A stretch of DNA of 64,000 bases, from assembly GCA_043825735.1 (NCBI GenBank), contig JBDRRP010000027.1, forward strand, positions 62,001-126,000, in the 5' to 3' direction. The notes beneath the pieces were generated by a model that did not search any database, was not told where the DNA came from, and worked only from the letters and a program-made list of their open reading frames with translations. Of this stretch, positions 38,748 through 49,182 are shown piece by piece. The first letter of the stretch is position 1, and each line of letters opens with the position of its first letter. Position numbers and translations under genes: made by a program. Origin of the DNA: Pseudomonadota bacterium. GTDB taxonomy: Bacteria > Desulfobacterota > Desulfobacteria > Desulfobacterales > JBDRRP01.

Positions 38748-39758
38748 CTAGCAGATTCTCGGAAGCTGCTCGCCGGAGAGCATGTCGACGATACGGCTGC
38801 CGCCGATCCGGGTTGTCATGAAGACCTTTCCCGGCGGCGTCGCCACCACTTCGCCGATGACCACCGCATCACGGCCCAGGGGGTCTGCCGTCATGGCCGA
38901 GAGCACGGCATCGCTGGCTTCCGACGGCACCAGCGCCAGCAGCTTTCCCTCGTTGGCCACGTAGAGGGGATCGAATCCCAGCAGTTCGCAGACACTGGCG
39001 ACCTGAGGCCGCACCGGAATATCGGCCTCGATGATGCGGATGCCCACCCCGGCCTGCTGTGCGATTTCGTTGAGTGCCGTCCCGACACCGCCCCGGGTGG
39101 GGTCTCTAAGCACATGGATGTCGGGGCAGACCGCCAGCATCCGCGCCACCATGTGGTTCAGGGCAGCGGTGTCGCTGGTGATGGGCGACTCGAAGGCCAG
39201 CCCTTCGCGCCGGGTCATGATGGTCATGCCGTGATCGGCGATGGTCCCGCTGAGTATTACCCGGTCGCCCGGCCGCGCGTTGCCCGCCATGACAGACACG
39301 CCCTCGGGCACGAGACCGACGCCGGAGGTATTGATAAAAATCTTGTCGGCCGCGCCGCGGGGAACGACCTTGGTGTCGCCGGTGACCACCTGGACGCCCG
39401 CGGCCCGGGCCGCCTCGGCCATGGTATTGACGATCCGCCGCAGGTCATCCATGGGAAAGCCTTCCTCCAGAATCAACCCGACACTGATAAACAGCGGCCG
39501 GCCACCGCACATGCTGATATCGTTGACGGTGCCGTTGATCGCCAGATCGCCGATATTGCCGCCGGGAAAGAAAATGGGGTCCACCACATAGCTGTCGGTG
39601 GAAAACGCCAACCGGCTGCCGCCCACATCGATCACGGCGCCGTCGTGAAGCTGCGCCAGTGCCGCATTGGCAAAGGCCGGCAACAGCAGTTCCGTGGTGA
39701 GCGCGTGGGAAATCTTTCCGCCGCTGCCGTGGTCCAGAAGAATCTGATCAGGTTTCAT
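38748..39758 (-). CDS. hypE: Hydrogenase maturation carbamoyl dehydratase
   Basis: HGSGG, TDSYVVDPIFFPGG, GDTKVV, RDPTRGG, ANEGK, C-terminal PRIC. Confidence 0.96.
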   Translation of the reverse strand: MKPDQILLDHGSGGKISHALTTELLLPAFANAALAQLHDGAVIDVGGSRLAFSTDSYVVDPIFFPGGNIGDLAINGTVNDISMCGGRPLFISVGLILEEGFPMDDLRRIVNTMAEAARAAGVQVVTGDTKVVPRGAADKIFINTSGVGLVPEGVSVMAGNARPGDRVILSGTIADHGMTIMTRREGLAFESPITSDTAALNHMVARMLAVCPDIHVLRDPTRGGVGTALNEIAQQAGVGIRIIEADIPVRPQVASVCELLGFDPLYVANEGKLLALVPSEASDAVLSAMTADPLGRDAVVIGEVVATPPGKVFMTTRIGGSRIVDMLSGEQLPRIC

Positions 39759-39807
39759 AAGGTATTTTCTCAATCTAATCGGTTAATGAAACTGCAAAAT
39801 CGATTTG

Positions 39808-40149
39808 AACCACAGAGGACACGGAGACCACGGAGGAAACCAATATTTGGCGGCCTTCGGCCGCGAAGTCAAAACCCTTTCTCGCGCAGAACCGCAGGGA
39901 CGCCAAGAACTGCGCAAAAAGATGAACATCGAATGAAAACCCGTACTCTCGCTAAGACGCAAAGCGCGCAAAGAACTGCAAGTTCGCTGAAACCCTGAAA
40001 ATCGAACACCTTTTCCGGCATCGGTTGCTGTCAGCCAATGTGAAACCGAATTCACGCCGCAGGCGTTTCCATCCTGATTTTCTTGGCGTTCGTGGCGCCT
40101 TGGCGCGAGCAATTGTTTTTTCTCCGTGACCTCCGTGTACTCCGTGGTT
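39808..40149. repeat. Nested palindromic intergenic repeat (hypD/hypE junction)
   Basis: Outer AACCACAGAGGACACGGAGACCACGGAG ... CTCCGTGACCTCCGTGTACTCCGTGGTT arms; core homologous to 2829-3085. Confidence 0.85.
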
Positions 40150-40160
40150 CCCCTGGCTTA

Positions 40161-41252
40161 TCACGATTGATGATAGCGGTAGTACGCCGCACAGGTGCCT
40201 TCGCTGGACACCATACAGGGCCCCACCGGCCGGGTGGGCGTGCAGCGTTTTTTGTACAGGGCGCACTGCGGCGGAATCTTCAGCCCGGTGAGAATCTCCC
40301 CGCAGGCACATCCCGGCGGCTCCGGCACATCCCTGAGCGCCACCGAAAACTTGCGGGCGGCGTCAAAGGATGTGAATGCTTCCCGGAACGCAAGACCGCT
40401 GCCGGCAATCACGCCGATGCCGCGCCAGACGGTGTCGGCAACGGTGAAAACCGAATCCATCACCTGGCGGGCCCTGGGGTTGCCTTCATTTGACACGGCC
40501 CTCGGATAGGCGTTTTCAAGGGCCGGGGCGCTGTTTTCGATCTGATGCACCAGCATGAGAATGGCCTGGAGCAGATCGGTGGGCTCGAATCCGCCCACCA
40601 CCATGGGAATGCGGCTGGCCTCGGCCAGGGGCCGGTAGGCATCCACACCGATGATCACCGACACGTGCCCCGGCAGCAGAAACCCGTCTACGGCAATGCC
40701 CTCGGTTTTGACGAGGGCGTCCAGGGCCGGCGGCACCAGTTTGTGGGCCCCGTATACGCTGAAATTGCGCAAGCCCTCGGCCTGGGCGGCGAGCACGGCC
40801 GCGGCAATGGTGGGCGCCGTTGTTTCGAAACCCACCCCCAGAAAGACCACCTGGCGCTCCGGATTCTCCCGGGCCAGGGTGAGCGCGTCCATGGTGGAAT
40901 ACACCATGCGGATGTCCCGACCGGAGGCCCGCTCCTGCTGCAGAGAACTGTCTGAACCCGGCACCCGGATGAGATCACCGAAAGTGGCGATGGTGACCTC
41001 AGGTATCCGCGCCAGATCGATAAAGGCGTCGATTTCGCCCTGGGCCGTCACGCACACGGGGCAGCCCGGGCCGGAAAGCAATGAAATGGTTGCCGGCAGC
41101 ATGTCCCGTACGCCGCTGCGGAACAGCGCCACGGTATGCGTGCCGCAGACCTCCATGATCCGGATGGGGGTGCGGCTCGTTTTCCGTATCTCGTCGATCA
41201 GCGCCCGGGCCGCCGCCGGGTCCCGGTATTCGTCGGCATGCTTGATAGCCAT
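40161..41252 (-). CDS. hypD: Hydrogenase maturation protein HypD
   Basis: MEVCGTHT, GPGCPVC, GFETT, PGHVS, CMVSSEGTC motifs. Confidence 0.97.
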   Translation of the reverse strand: MAIKHADEYRDPAAARALIDEIRKTSRTPIRIMEVCGTHTVALFRSGVRDMLPATISLLSGPGCPVCVTAQGEIDAFIDLARIPEVTIATFGDLIRVPGSDSSLQQERASGRDIRMVYSTMDALTLARENPERQVVFLGVGFETTAPTIAAAVLAAQAEGLRNFSVYGAHKLVPPALDALVKTEGIAVDGFLLPGHVSVIIGVDAYRPLAEASRIPMVVGGFEPTDLLQAILMLVHQIENSAPALENAYPRAVSNEGNPRARQVMDSVFTVADTVWRGIGVIAGSGLAFREAFTSFDAARKFSVALRDVPEPPGCACGEILTGLKIPPQCALYKKRCTPTRPVGPCMVSSEGTCAAYYRYHQS

Positions 41253-41294
41253 ATGCCTCCTGTCGGTTCAATTCCCAGAACAGAGGTAGTTTTT

Positions 41295-41624
41295 ACCACG
41301 AAGCACACGAAGGCCACGAAGATTAAATTGATTTATGGCCGTCCTTCGCCCGACTACCTGCAAATTTCATGTTTTTCCCGAATCACCCAGTGCGGTATCG
41401 CCGCAACCAAAACCCGTTCTCGCGCAGAGGCGCAGGGCCGCAGAGAAATTCATGTTTGAAAAACGCTACCCCCTCAATAGTGACAAGCAGCGCCCTTTAC
41501 CGCCGTGCAAATAGTGTTTCTTCTGTTTTCAGTCTCAGCAGTTCTCAGCGTCTCTGCGTCTCTGCGCGAATAATTAGTTTTTCTGTTTTTCAGTCGCTTC
41601 GTGATCTTCGTGTACTTCGTGGTT
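41295..41624. repeat. Nested palindromic intergenic repeat (hypF/hypD junction)
   Basis: ACCACGAAGCACACGAAGGCCACGAAG ... CTTCGTGATCTTCGTGTACTTCGTGGT enclosing CTCGCGCAGAG...CTCTGCGCGA. Confidence 0.85.
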
Positions 41625-41634
41625 AATATTTCTT

Positions 41635-43932
41635 TCAGTCGATTAGCCCCTCTGCCACCATGGCCGCCGCAGCCACCGCCTGGCCCAATGACAGACCGCC
41701 GTCATTGGCGGGAACGCGTTCCTGTGAATATACCGCAAAGCCTTCCTTTTCAAGGCTGCGCATGAGCCCGCCCAGAAGGATGGCGTTCTGAAAGACGCCA
41801 CCGCTCATCACGACCTGGGAGATCCCGGTATCCGATCGCAGCTGCCGGCACAGGGCGGTGAACAGAACTACCAGGGTGTTGTGAAAGGCCATGCTCACCA
41901 CGGGAATCGGGATCCCGGCGATGACATCGGCCACCACCCCGCGAATGATCGGTTCGGGCAGTATGCGGTAAAGATCGCCGTCGCTGACCCAGTCGTGGTC
42001 GTAGGCCGCCGTCACCGTGCGATCAGCCGCCATTTCAAGTTCCATGGCCGCCTGGCCTTCGTGGCGCACCCGGTTGCGGATGCCTGCTATCGCCGCAACC
42101 GCGTCGAAAAGGCGCCCCATGCTAGAGGTCTGCGGTGCGTTGAAACCCTTTTGGACCATGGCCGTCACCGTTTGCAGGGCCACAGGGTCCAGCGTCTCCA
42201 ACATGGGCAGCGGCCGATCGACAAACCCCTCGCCATAGGTCCGCAAAAGGTAGCTCACCGCCATCCGCCAGGGCTCCCGGATCGCCGCGTTGCTGCCCGG
42301 CATGGCAACGGTGTCCAGGTGGGCCAGTCGCGTGAACCGCGCCGGGGTCGCCGCCAGCACCTCGCCGCCCCAGCTGTTGCCGTCGGTGCCGTATCCGGTA
42401 CCGTCAAAACTCAAACCCAGAACAGGACCGTCCAAATGGTGCTCGGCCATGGCGCTGACGATGTGGGCATGGTGGTGCTGGACACCCACCGGCCGCGCCC
42501 ACTCAAAGGCCAGGGCAAACTGAGTGCTCAGATAGTCCGGATGCAGGTCGTGGGCCACCAGCTCGGGCGTAATATCCAGGATCCGCTGCAGGTGCCGCAC
42601 CGTGAGCTCCAAAAACGAAAGGGTTTCCGCGTTTTCCAGATCCCCGATGTGCTGGCTCAAAAACGCCTGGTCTCCCCGGGTCAGGCAGACGGTGTTTTTC
42701 AAAAGGGCCCCGCAGGCCAGCACCGGGGGCTGCCGGCGCTTCAAGAACACCGGAATCGGCACATAACCCCTGGAGCGCCGGATGAGCCGCACCCGATCTG
42801 CGCTGTGGCGCACGATGGTATCATCCGTGCGCAGATAAATGTCACGGTTGTGGTTCAGATGCCAGTCGGCAATATTATCCAGACGGGAAAAGGCCTCCGC
42901 ATTGTCGATGCAGATGGGCTCCTCACTGAGGTTGGCGCTGGTCATCACGAGGGCTTTGAACCCTTCAGCCAGCAGCAGGTGGTGCAGCGGGGTGTAGGGC
43001 AGCATGATACCAAAGAAGCGGTTTCGCGGCGCCGCCGACTCCGCGATGCCCTGTCCGGCTTTCTTTTCCACCAGAACGATAGGACGCTGCGGAGCGGTCA
43101 AAAGCGCAATATCCTCTGCACGCAGATTGGCAATGGCCATAGCGCCGGCGGTGTCGGCCACCATGAGGGCAAAGGGTTTTTCCTCACGGTGTTTGCGTTC
43201 GCGAAGCCGGGTCACCGCCGCCTCACTGGTGGCGTCCACCGCCAGATGAAACCCGCCGAGCCCCTTGATGGCCAGAATGTCTCCGTGACGCAGTTTTTGC
43301 GCCGCTGTGCGGATGGGATCACCGCCAGCCACCGGCTGCCCCCAGTCATCGAACAGAGCGACCCGGGGGCCGCAGACCGCGCACGCGTTGGGCTGAGCAT
43401 GAAACCGCCGGTTCATGGGGTCGTCGTATTCCCTCTGGCAGTCACCGCACAGGATGAAATGTCTCATGCTGGTGTGGCGCCGGTCATAAGGCACGTCGTC
43501 GATAATGGTATAGCGCGGCCCGCAGTTGGTGCAGTTGATGAACGGGTACCGGTAGCGACGGTCGCCGGGATCGAAGAGTTCCCGTACGCAGTCTTCACAA
43601 ACCGCCACATCCGGGGAAATAAGTGTGTTTCGGGAGGTTTCCCGCTGGCTGGCAACAATGACGAAATCGGTCCGGCCGGTAGGCAGGTCGGGCGCCTCGG
43701 CGATATCGGTAATCCGCGCCAGGGGGGGCGCGTCAGCGGCAATGGCTGCTATAAATCGGTCCACCGCGTCGGGAAGACCTTCCACGCGGATCATCACGCC
43801 GGAACTGGTGTTGGCCACTTCCCCGGCAAGGCCATGCCGGTGGGCGAGTTGAAAGATAAAGGGCCGAAATCCCACCCCCTGCACGATGCCGCGGACACTG
43901 AGACAGCGGGCAATGGTGGCTTCAGGGGGCAT
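41635..43932 (-). CDS. hypF: Carbamoyltransferase HypF
   Basis: VQGVGFRP acylphosphatase domain, two CxxC zinc fingers, KGLGGFHL, QHHHAH, PANDGG. Confidence 0.97.
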   Translation of the reverse strand: MPPEATIARCLSVRGIVQGVGFRPFIFQLAHRHGLAGEVANTSSGVMIRVEGLPDAVDRFIAAIAADAPPLARITDIAEAPDLPTGRTDFVIVASQRETSRNTLISPDVAVCEDCVRELFDPGDRRYRYPFINCTNCGPRYTIIDDVPYDRRHTSMRHFILCGDCQREYDDPMNRRFHAQPNACAVCGPRVALFDDWGQPVAGGDPIRTAAQKLRHGDILAIKGLGGFHLAVDATSEAAVTRLRERKHREEKPFALMVADTAGAMAIANLRAEDIALLTAPQRPIVLVEKKAGQGIAESAAPRNRFFGIMLPYTPLHHLLLAEGFKALVMTSANLSEEPICIDNAEAFSRLDNIADWHLNHNRDIYLRTDDTIVRHSADRVRLIRRSRGYVPIPVFLKRRQPPVLACGALLKNTVCLTRGDQAFLSQHIGDLENAETLSFLELTVRHLQRILDITPELVAHDLHPDYLSTQFALAFEWARPVGVQHHHAHIVSAMAEHHLDGPVLGLSFDGTGYGTDGNSWGGEVLAATPARFTRLAHLDTVAMPGSNAAIREPWRMAVSYLLRTYGEGFVDRPLPMLETLDPVALQTVTAMVQKGFNAPQTSSMGRLFDAVAAIAGIRNRVRHEGQAAMELEMAADRTVTAAYDHDWVSDGDLYRILPEPIIRGVVADVIAGIPIPVVSMAFHNTLVVLFTALCRQLRSDTGISQVVMSGGVFQNAILLGGLMRSLEKEGFAVYSQERVPANDGGLSLGQAVAAAAMVAEGLID

Positions 43933-43955
43933 GCCAAAAACTCCGGAAGGCAGGG

Positions 43956-44210
43956 CTATTCGCCGACATCGGGCGGGGCGCCCAGCGCGTCCACCGCTGC
44001 TGCCGCCTCCTTGAGGTAGCGCAGCGACTCCATGGCCGCGGCCTCGTCCACCCTGGAAATGGCAAAGCCGGCATGGACGATGACGTAATCACCAACGGCG
44101 GCATCCTCCAGCAGCAACAGGCTGGTCGTGCGCCGCACCCCATCCACATCGATGGTGGCGATATTGTGCTCGTTGATATCAACAATTTTGGAAGGGATGG
44201 CTAGGCACAT
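43956..44210 (-). CDS. hypC: Hydrogenase chaperone HypC/HupF
   Basis: MCLAIP start and VGDYVIVHAGFAI motif. Confidence 0.96.
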   Translation of the reverse strand: MCLAIPSKIVDINEHNIATIDVDGVRRTTSLLLLEDAAVGDYVIVHAGFAISRVDEAAAMESLRYLKEAAAAVDALGAPPDVGE

Positions 44211-44712
44211 AGTCGTGCGTTCCTTTCGTATAAGTCGCACCGAGACGTGCGACTTCCTTGAGCACGGCGTCGATAATGGGGTCCACCTGGGCGGCAATCT
44301 CCGGCGTCATATCGACATCCAGCGTCTCCATGTCTTTGGGTTCGACCCCCAGGATCACCGTTTCAGGCACTTTATCAAGAGCCTGCATCAGGGTCAGCGC
44401 TTCGAGAAAATCAATCTGGTGAACGGAGTTTTTCGCTCTGATCCGGTCGGGGATGCCGTCTCTGTCGATGCGATACAGGCTGCCGGGCGCCCCGTGATTG
44501 CGGATAATGTCGATGACGATGAGATGATCGGCCTCGGACATGACCCCCAGAAGGTGGACACCGAGCACGCCGCCGTCCACCACACGCACGTTTTCGGAAA
44601 ACGTGACCATGTCTTCGATCTTTTTGATGACGTGAATGCCGAAGCCCTCATCTTTAAAAAGCACATTGCCGATGCCCATGATCATGATCTGCGGAGTGTC
44701 GGTATCTGTCAT
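44179..44712 (-). CDS. Hydrogenase maturation endopeptidase (HyaD/HybD family)
   Basis: GIGNVLFKDEGFG, VDGG, SVHQ, GVEP motifs. Confidence 0.94.
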   Translation of the reverse strand: MTDTDTPQIMIMGIGNVLFKDEGFGIHVIKKIEDMVTFSENVRVVDGGVLGVHLLGVMSEADHLIVIDIIRNHGAPGSLYRIDRDGIPDRIRAKNSVHQIDFLEALTLMQALDKVPETVILGVEPKDMETLDVDMTPEIAAQVDPIIDAVLKEVARLGATYTKGTHDYVPSHPFQNC

Positions 44713-44788
44713 GCCACCATTTCCGTTATCTGGTTATGCACCGGCCCCGATATCGGTGCCGGTGCCTCGTAACCCCAAAGTATTTATC

Positions 44789-44870
44789 ACCACGAAGTTC
44801 ACGAAGGACACGAAGATTTTTTACCCACTTGTTTTTGGCTTTTCTTCGTGCACTTCGTGGCCTTCGTGGT
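44789..44870. repeat. Intergenic palindromic repeat (CACGAAG-unit family)
   Basis: ACCACGAAGTTCACGAAGGACACGAAGA ... TCTTCGTGCACTTCGTGGCCTTCGTGGT. Confidence 0.85.
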
Positions 44871-45096
44871 TCATATCAGTGCTGCGGGCAACGTCAACCT
44901 GTGCTCTCTGAATAAGCGTATGCCGTTACCACCAGTGACTATCCCGATCCACCGGCCCGGCCATCCATGACACGCAGGCCCGACGGTTGTAACACCGAAT
45001 CCACCGGCTTTCAAGCAATCACAATCGCTTGTAAGGGATCGGCAAAGAAGGAGGGGAATGCCCGCTGCTTTACTGGAACGATAACGGCAGGATGCT

Positions 45097-45133
45097 AAAA
45101 GGAAACTTCCCGCCGCCCGAAGGCGGCGGGAAG
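45097..45133 (-). terminator. Intrinsic terminator after the hydrogenase large subunit
   Basis: CTTCCCGCCGCC-TTCG-GGCGGCGGGAAG followed by TTTCCTTTT. Confidence 0.8.
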
Positions 45134-45145
45134 CGGTCGATCATG

Positions 45146-46795
45146 TTACAGCGCTTTGATCTTGTATACCTGGTTGGAGTCCGGATCGATCACGTGGACC
45201 GCACAGGCGATACAGGGATCGAAGCTGTGGACCGTACGCAGGACTTCCAGCGGCCGTTTGGGATCGGCGATGGGTGTGCCGATAAGCGCCTCTTCCAGCG
45301 GACCCAGCTGACCCTTTTCGTCTCTGGGACCCAGGTTCCAGGTCGAGGGCACCACGTACTGGTAGTTCTTGATCTTGTCGCCTTCGATGACGCACCAGTG
45401 GCCCAGGGAGCCGCGGGGAACGTCGTTGAGGCCGACGCCTTCGCCGTGTTTCGGGAACTCCCACGGGGCGACCGTAGCGGTGTTGCCGCTCTTGAGGTTG
45501 CCGATGAGCTCGCCCATCCACGCACCGATGCGGTCGCCAACAGCGACGGTCTCGATGCCGCGGGCGGCGGTGCGGCCCAAGGTGGAAAACAGCGCCGTCG
45601 CCGGTACGTTGAGGGTCTGGAGCACGGAGTTGACGATCGGCGCGATCTCCTTGTGTCCCTTGGCATAAGCCACCAGCACGCGGGCCAGCGGGCCGACTTC
45701 ACAGGCCTTGCCGTTGGCGCGCGGGGCCTTCATCCAGGTGTAGTCGCCGGAGCTCGGGTTGTATTTCGGGTCTTCCTTCAAAGGCTCGGTTTTTCCCTTG
45801 TAGGGATGCAGCGGCGAGCTCTTGTCGTACCAGCCGCGGGCCACGCTTTCGGTAACGTCTTCCTGCTTGGCCATCTGCGGATTGCCGATGTCGCGGTTGT
45901 AAACCACGCCGCGCGGCATGTAGAGGCTGTCAGGCTCGTTGGCCGTCTCGGGGAAATCGCCCCAGGCATGGAAGTTGGTGGTGCCGCCGATGCCGCCCCA
46001 ATCCTTGTAAAAAGAGGCCACGGCCAGCAGATCGGGGATGTAGACCTTCTTGACGAATTCCTGGGTTTCCTTGGTGATATAGAGGAACTCGGCCAGACGG
46101 TCGGGGGTGAGATCCCGCACACAGGACACACCGCCCACCACGAGAAACTGCGGGTGCGGGTTCTTGCCACCGAAAATGGCATGCATCCGCGCGGCTTTTG
46201 CCTGGAGACGCAGGGCCTCAATGTAGTGCGCGGCCGCCATCAGGTTGGCTTCCGGCGGCAGCTTGTAGGCCGAATGGCCCCAGTAGGCGTTCTCGAAAGG
46301 ACCGAGCTGGCCGCTTTCCACGAAAGTCTTGATCCGCTGCTGAACCTGCTTGAAATAGCTGGTGCCTCCCCACGGGGCTTCGCTGACATTTTCTGACAGG
46401 GTGGCGGTCTTTTTGGGATCGGCGCTGAGCGCGCTGACGATGTCCACCCAGTCGAGCGCATGCAGGTGATAGAAATGAACGATGTGGTCATGCTGATACT
46501 GCGCACCGTGCATCAGGTTTCTGATGAGCCGTGCATTGTCGGGAATCTTCACGCCAACTGCATCTTCGACTGCCCTCACCGAGGACAGAGAATGAATGTA
46601 CGTTCAGACACCGCAGGACCGGGCGACAAAATGCTGTGCATCGCGCGGGTCCCTGCCCTCGAGGATCATCTCAATGCCCCGGAACATCTGGCCGGAGCTC
46701 CAGGCGTTGACAACCTTACCGCCAGCCACCTCGACCTCTACCCGGAGGTGGCCTTCAATCCGGGTAATTGGATCAATCACAATTCTCTGGCCCAT
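45146..46795 (-). CDS. Periplasmic [NiFe]-hydrogenase large subunit (549 aa) with an in-frame TGA at codon 64, probably selenocysteine
   Basis: ORFs 46604-46795 and 45146-46579 share one frame; the junction reads ARSCGV-(TGA)[24 protein letters not shown] at the N-terminus; [10 protein letters not shown] plus C-terminal extension. Confidence 0.88.
46570..46588 (-). promoter_or_regulatory. Bacterial SECIS-like hairpin
   Basis: CUGUCCUC-GGU-GAGGGCAG (8 bp, one G-U pair) beginning 15 nt after the UGA; apical loop starts with G. Confidence 0.7.
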
Positions 46796-46841
46796 ATTTA
46801 CTCCTCTCTTCTTCTGAAAAGAAATGGTTCGTTACCGTGAC

Positions 46842-47789
46842 TTACATCTCCACGTAAAAGGGCGACATTTTGTCCCAGAAATTCGGTTCACTGCACCCGA
46901 TGCAGGGGTGACCGGCCTGAACCGGCCAGCTGGTGCCGTCGTTGAACTTGGCCACAGGGCAGTTGTTGTAAGTTTCGGGACCACGGCAGCCCAACTTGTA
47001 TAGGCAATAGCCCATGGCGGCTTCTTTGGAGCCGAATTCCGTAACGAACTCGTCGTTTTCGAAATGGGCGCGGCGCGGGCACTGATCGTGAATGGTCTTG
47101 CCGAAGGCAAAGAGCGGGCGGCCGAGATCGTCGAGGGCCGGCAGTTTGCCCAGCAACAGGTAGTTCACCACCGTGCCGACGAAATTGATCGGGTTCGGCG
47201 GGCAACCGGGGATGTTCAGGGTTTTGATGCCAAGGGCATCGGAAACGCCCTTGTAGCCGCCCGGGTTGGGCTTGGCCGCGGGAACGCCGCCGTATGCCGC
47301 GCAGGTTCCCATACAGATGGTCGCTGCCGCCTTGGGCACCACTTCCTTTGCTATGTCCAAAAAGCTCTTGCCGGCGACCTTGCCGTAACCGCCGTTGTAC
47401 TTGGTGGCAATGGAGCCTTCCACCACGCAGATGAACTTGCCGGCGTATTTTTCAACGGCATTGTGCAGGTTTTCTTCGGCCTGATAGCCGGAAGCGGCCA
47501 TGATGGTCTCATGGTATTCGACGGAAATGATCTCCAAGACCAGATCGTCGATCCACGGATACATGGACCGCAGCAACGCTTCGGAACAACCGGTGCACTC
47601 ACCAAAATGCAGCCACACCACCGGTGGACGCTGTTTCGGAGCAGCAAATACTTCCGCCACCTTGGGCACGTAGGCGGCGGAGAGCCCCATGGTCGCGGTC
47701 AGGGCAGTACAGAACTTCATGAAGTCCCGCCGCGAGACGCCCTTGCTCTCCAGCCTTTCGTAAAACGCTTTTTCCCTTTCCATCGGCAC
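46842..47789 (-). CDS. [NiFe]-hydrogenase small subunit, Tat-exported, soluble periplasmic type
   Basis: SRRDFMKFC twin-Arg signal; [36 protein letters not shown]...[13 protein letters not shown]; no C-terminal TM anchor. Confidence 0.96.
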   Translation of the reverse strand: MPMEREKAFYERLESKGVSRRDFMKFCTALTATMGLSAAYVPKVAEVFAAPKQRPPVVWLHFGECTGCSEALLRSMYPWIDDLVLEIISVEYHETIMAASGYQAEENLHNAVEKYAGKFICVVEGSIATKYNGGYGKVAGKSFLDIAKEVVPKAAATICMGTCAAYGGVPAAKPNPGGYKGVSDALGIKTLNIPGCPPNPINFVGTVVNYLLLGKLPALDDLGRPLFAFGKTIHDQCPRRAHFENDEFVTEFGSKEAAMGYCLYKLGCRGPETYNNCPVAKFNDGTSWPVQAGHPCIGCSEPNFWDKMSPFYVEM

Positions 47790-48262
47790 CTCCTTGATGC
47801 GATTAAAAGAACCTGATGATCGGATGAATCAATAGATTCCTCAATAAAACACCATCGATCCCCACGGATGATGATGAAGTTCTCTATACCGCCCGGATAA
47901 TCCTCAACTGTGTGGCGAAGGCCATACGACGAGACTGAAGCGAATGAATTAGGTTTATTTTATTAGGGCAACACGGCGTTCTAAGTCAATAGAAATCTTG
48001 AATTTTTTGAAATCCGCCGGGGTAGAATAATTGCAAAATGCTGATATCCGGATGTTTCCCAATCAGCGCGATCATACAGTTAGCCGGACCCCGCCCCCCC
48101 TTGCGGCCGGGAGGCGTTGATTCGGATGCGTTGGACGAACGCGTAGACCGGCGCCGGATAAGCCCCCGCGGTGCTGATTGGACGGAAGGGAAAAATTACA
48201 CCCGGCCGCAACGGTCGCTGTCGGCCGGAAATGAGGGATGGGCGTCATGCCGAGTGCGGCGA

Positions 48263-48745
48263 CTATTGTTCATCATCGATATCGACAACTTCTTCGTCGG
48301 CAATCTTGAGCGACGGGTTGATATCGTCCAGGGCGAAGTCGTCATCAAACTCTTCGGCATCATCCTCGAGCAGGTCGTCGAGATCTCCGGGTTCCTCATC
48401 GGTCTCCGCATCGGGCTGCACATGGGGAACCGGAACCGGCTTGGAGCGCTTGGTGATGAAATCGACATCATTGATTTCAACCTCGACGGGCTGGGAGCCG
48501 TCGTCGAAAAACCGCCGGATCCCTTCGACAATCTTCTCGGCAACCGGAAGCGCTGGATAGAAATCCTTGCTGCGTATCAACTGAATGGCGGGAAAGACAC
48601 CCTGTCCTAAGACATCCTGGAGTGCGCCCTGCGCGAAACTGACGGTACATTGGGTGAAAAATAGGTCTTTGTCCAATTCGCCCTCTTCCCGAATAAGGAT
48701 ACGATCATCCTCCTGGGCTTTCAGAACCGTGTATCGCTGCTTCAT
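48263..48745 (-). CDS. Hypothetical protein with a highly acidic C-terminal tail
   Basis: Start MKQRYTV with AGGAG RBS; D/E-rich tail. Confidence 0.7.
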   Translation of the reverse strand: MKQRYTVLKAQEDDRILIREEGELDKDLFFTQCTVSFAQGALQDVLGQGVFPAIQLIRSKDFYPALPVAEKIVEGIRRFFDDGSQPVEVEINDVDFITKRSKPVPVPHVQPDAETDEEPGDLDDLLEDDAEEFDDDFALDDINPSLKIADEEVVDIDDEQ

Positions 48746-49036
48746 CGAGTGCTCCTGTAACCGTAGTGGTCTCCATGCCAAGTGCCTTTGTGAGGCCTTC
48801 CCGAAATCATAATTTGGATGGGCTGTCAACCGGCAAAATCGCCTTTTTTTAACAATCCGGCGGGACACCCATCAGATCAACTGGGAACGGCCACGCAAGG
48901 GGGGCGCCCAGTCGACAGCCTGCGGTGGGAAACCACCGCCGGCATTCAGTGTCGGCGCTGCCGTGCAGGCACGCAGGGGGAGGATAAATCGTTGACCCGG
49001 CATGCGGTTAGTGGTAGTAGGCCAGATTCAAAGCAT

Positions 49037-49122
49037 GGAGGGATGGCCGAGTGGTTTAAGGCGGCGGTCTTGAAAACCGTTGAGTGAAAGCTCCGTGGGT
49101 TCGAATCCTACTCCCTCCGCCA
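49037..49122 (+). tRNA. tRNA-Ser(TGA)
   Basis: GGAGGGATGGCCGAGTGG...GCGGT-CT-TGA-AA-ACCGT, variable arm, GGTTCGAATCC, CCA end. Confidence 0.95.
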
Positions 49123-49182
49123 ATAAATTCGCTTTGCGGATTTATTCATGATGCGAAATAAAAAATTCGAAGAATTTTTTAC

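Noticed and set aside
41312..44862. GGCCACGAAG strings at 41312-41321 and 44853-44862 as further attenuator copies
   Set aside because: They are units of the CACGAAG palindromic repeat, lack the final G needed for the small hairpin, and are not in a leader terminator context.
45146..46795. Two separate genes or a pseudogene, as the ORF track implies
   Set aside because: Same frame, a single TGA exactly at a conserved Cys codon, a SECIS-like hairpin and intact accessory genes. Recoding is more parsimonious, though a nonsense mutation is not formally excluded.
47996..48013. Rex-like operator upstream of the hydrogenase genes
   Set aside because: Only about 9 of 14 positions match TTGTGAAN4TTCACAA, within an AT-rich stretch.
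49037..49122. tRNA with a 'TGA' anticodon near the UGA-containing hydrogenase, considered as tRNA-Sec
   Set aside because: Anticodon UGA reads UCA (Ser); tRNA-Sec needs a UCA anticodon and an 8-bp acceptor stem. This is an ordinary tRNA-Ser, and no selC is visible in the window.
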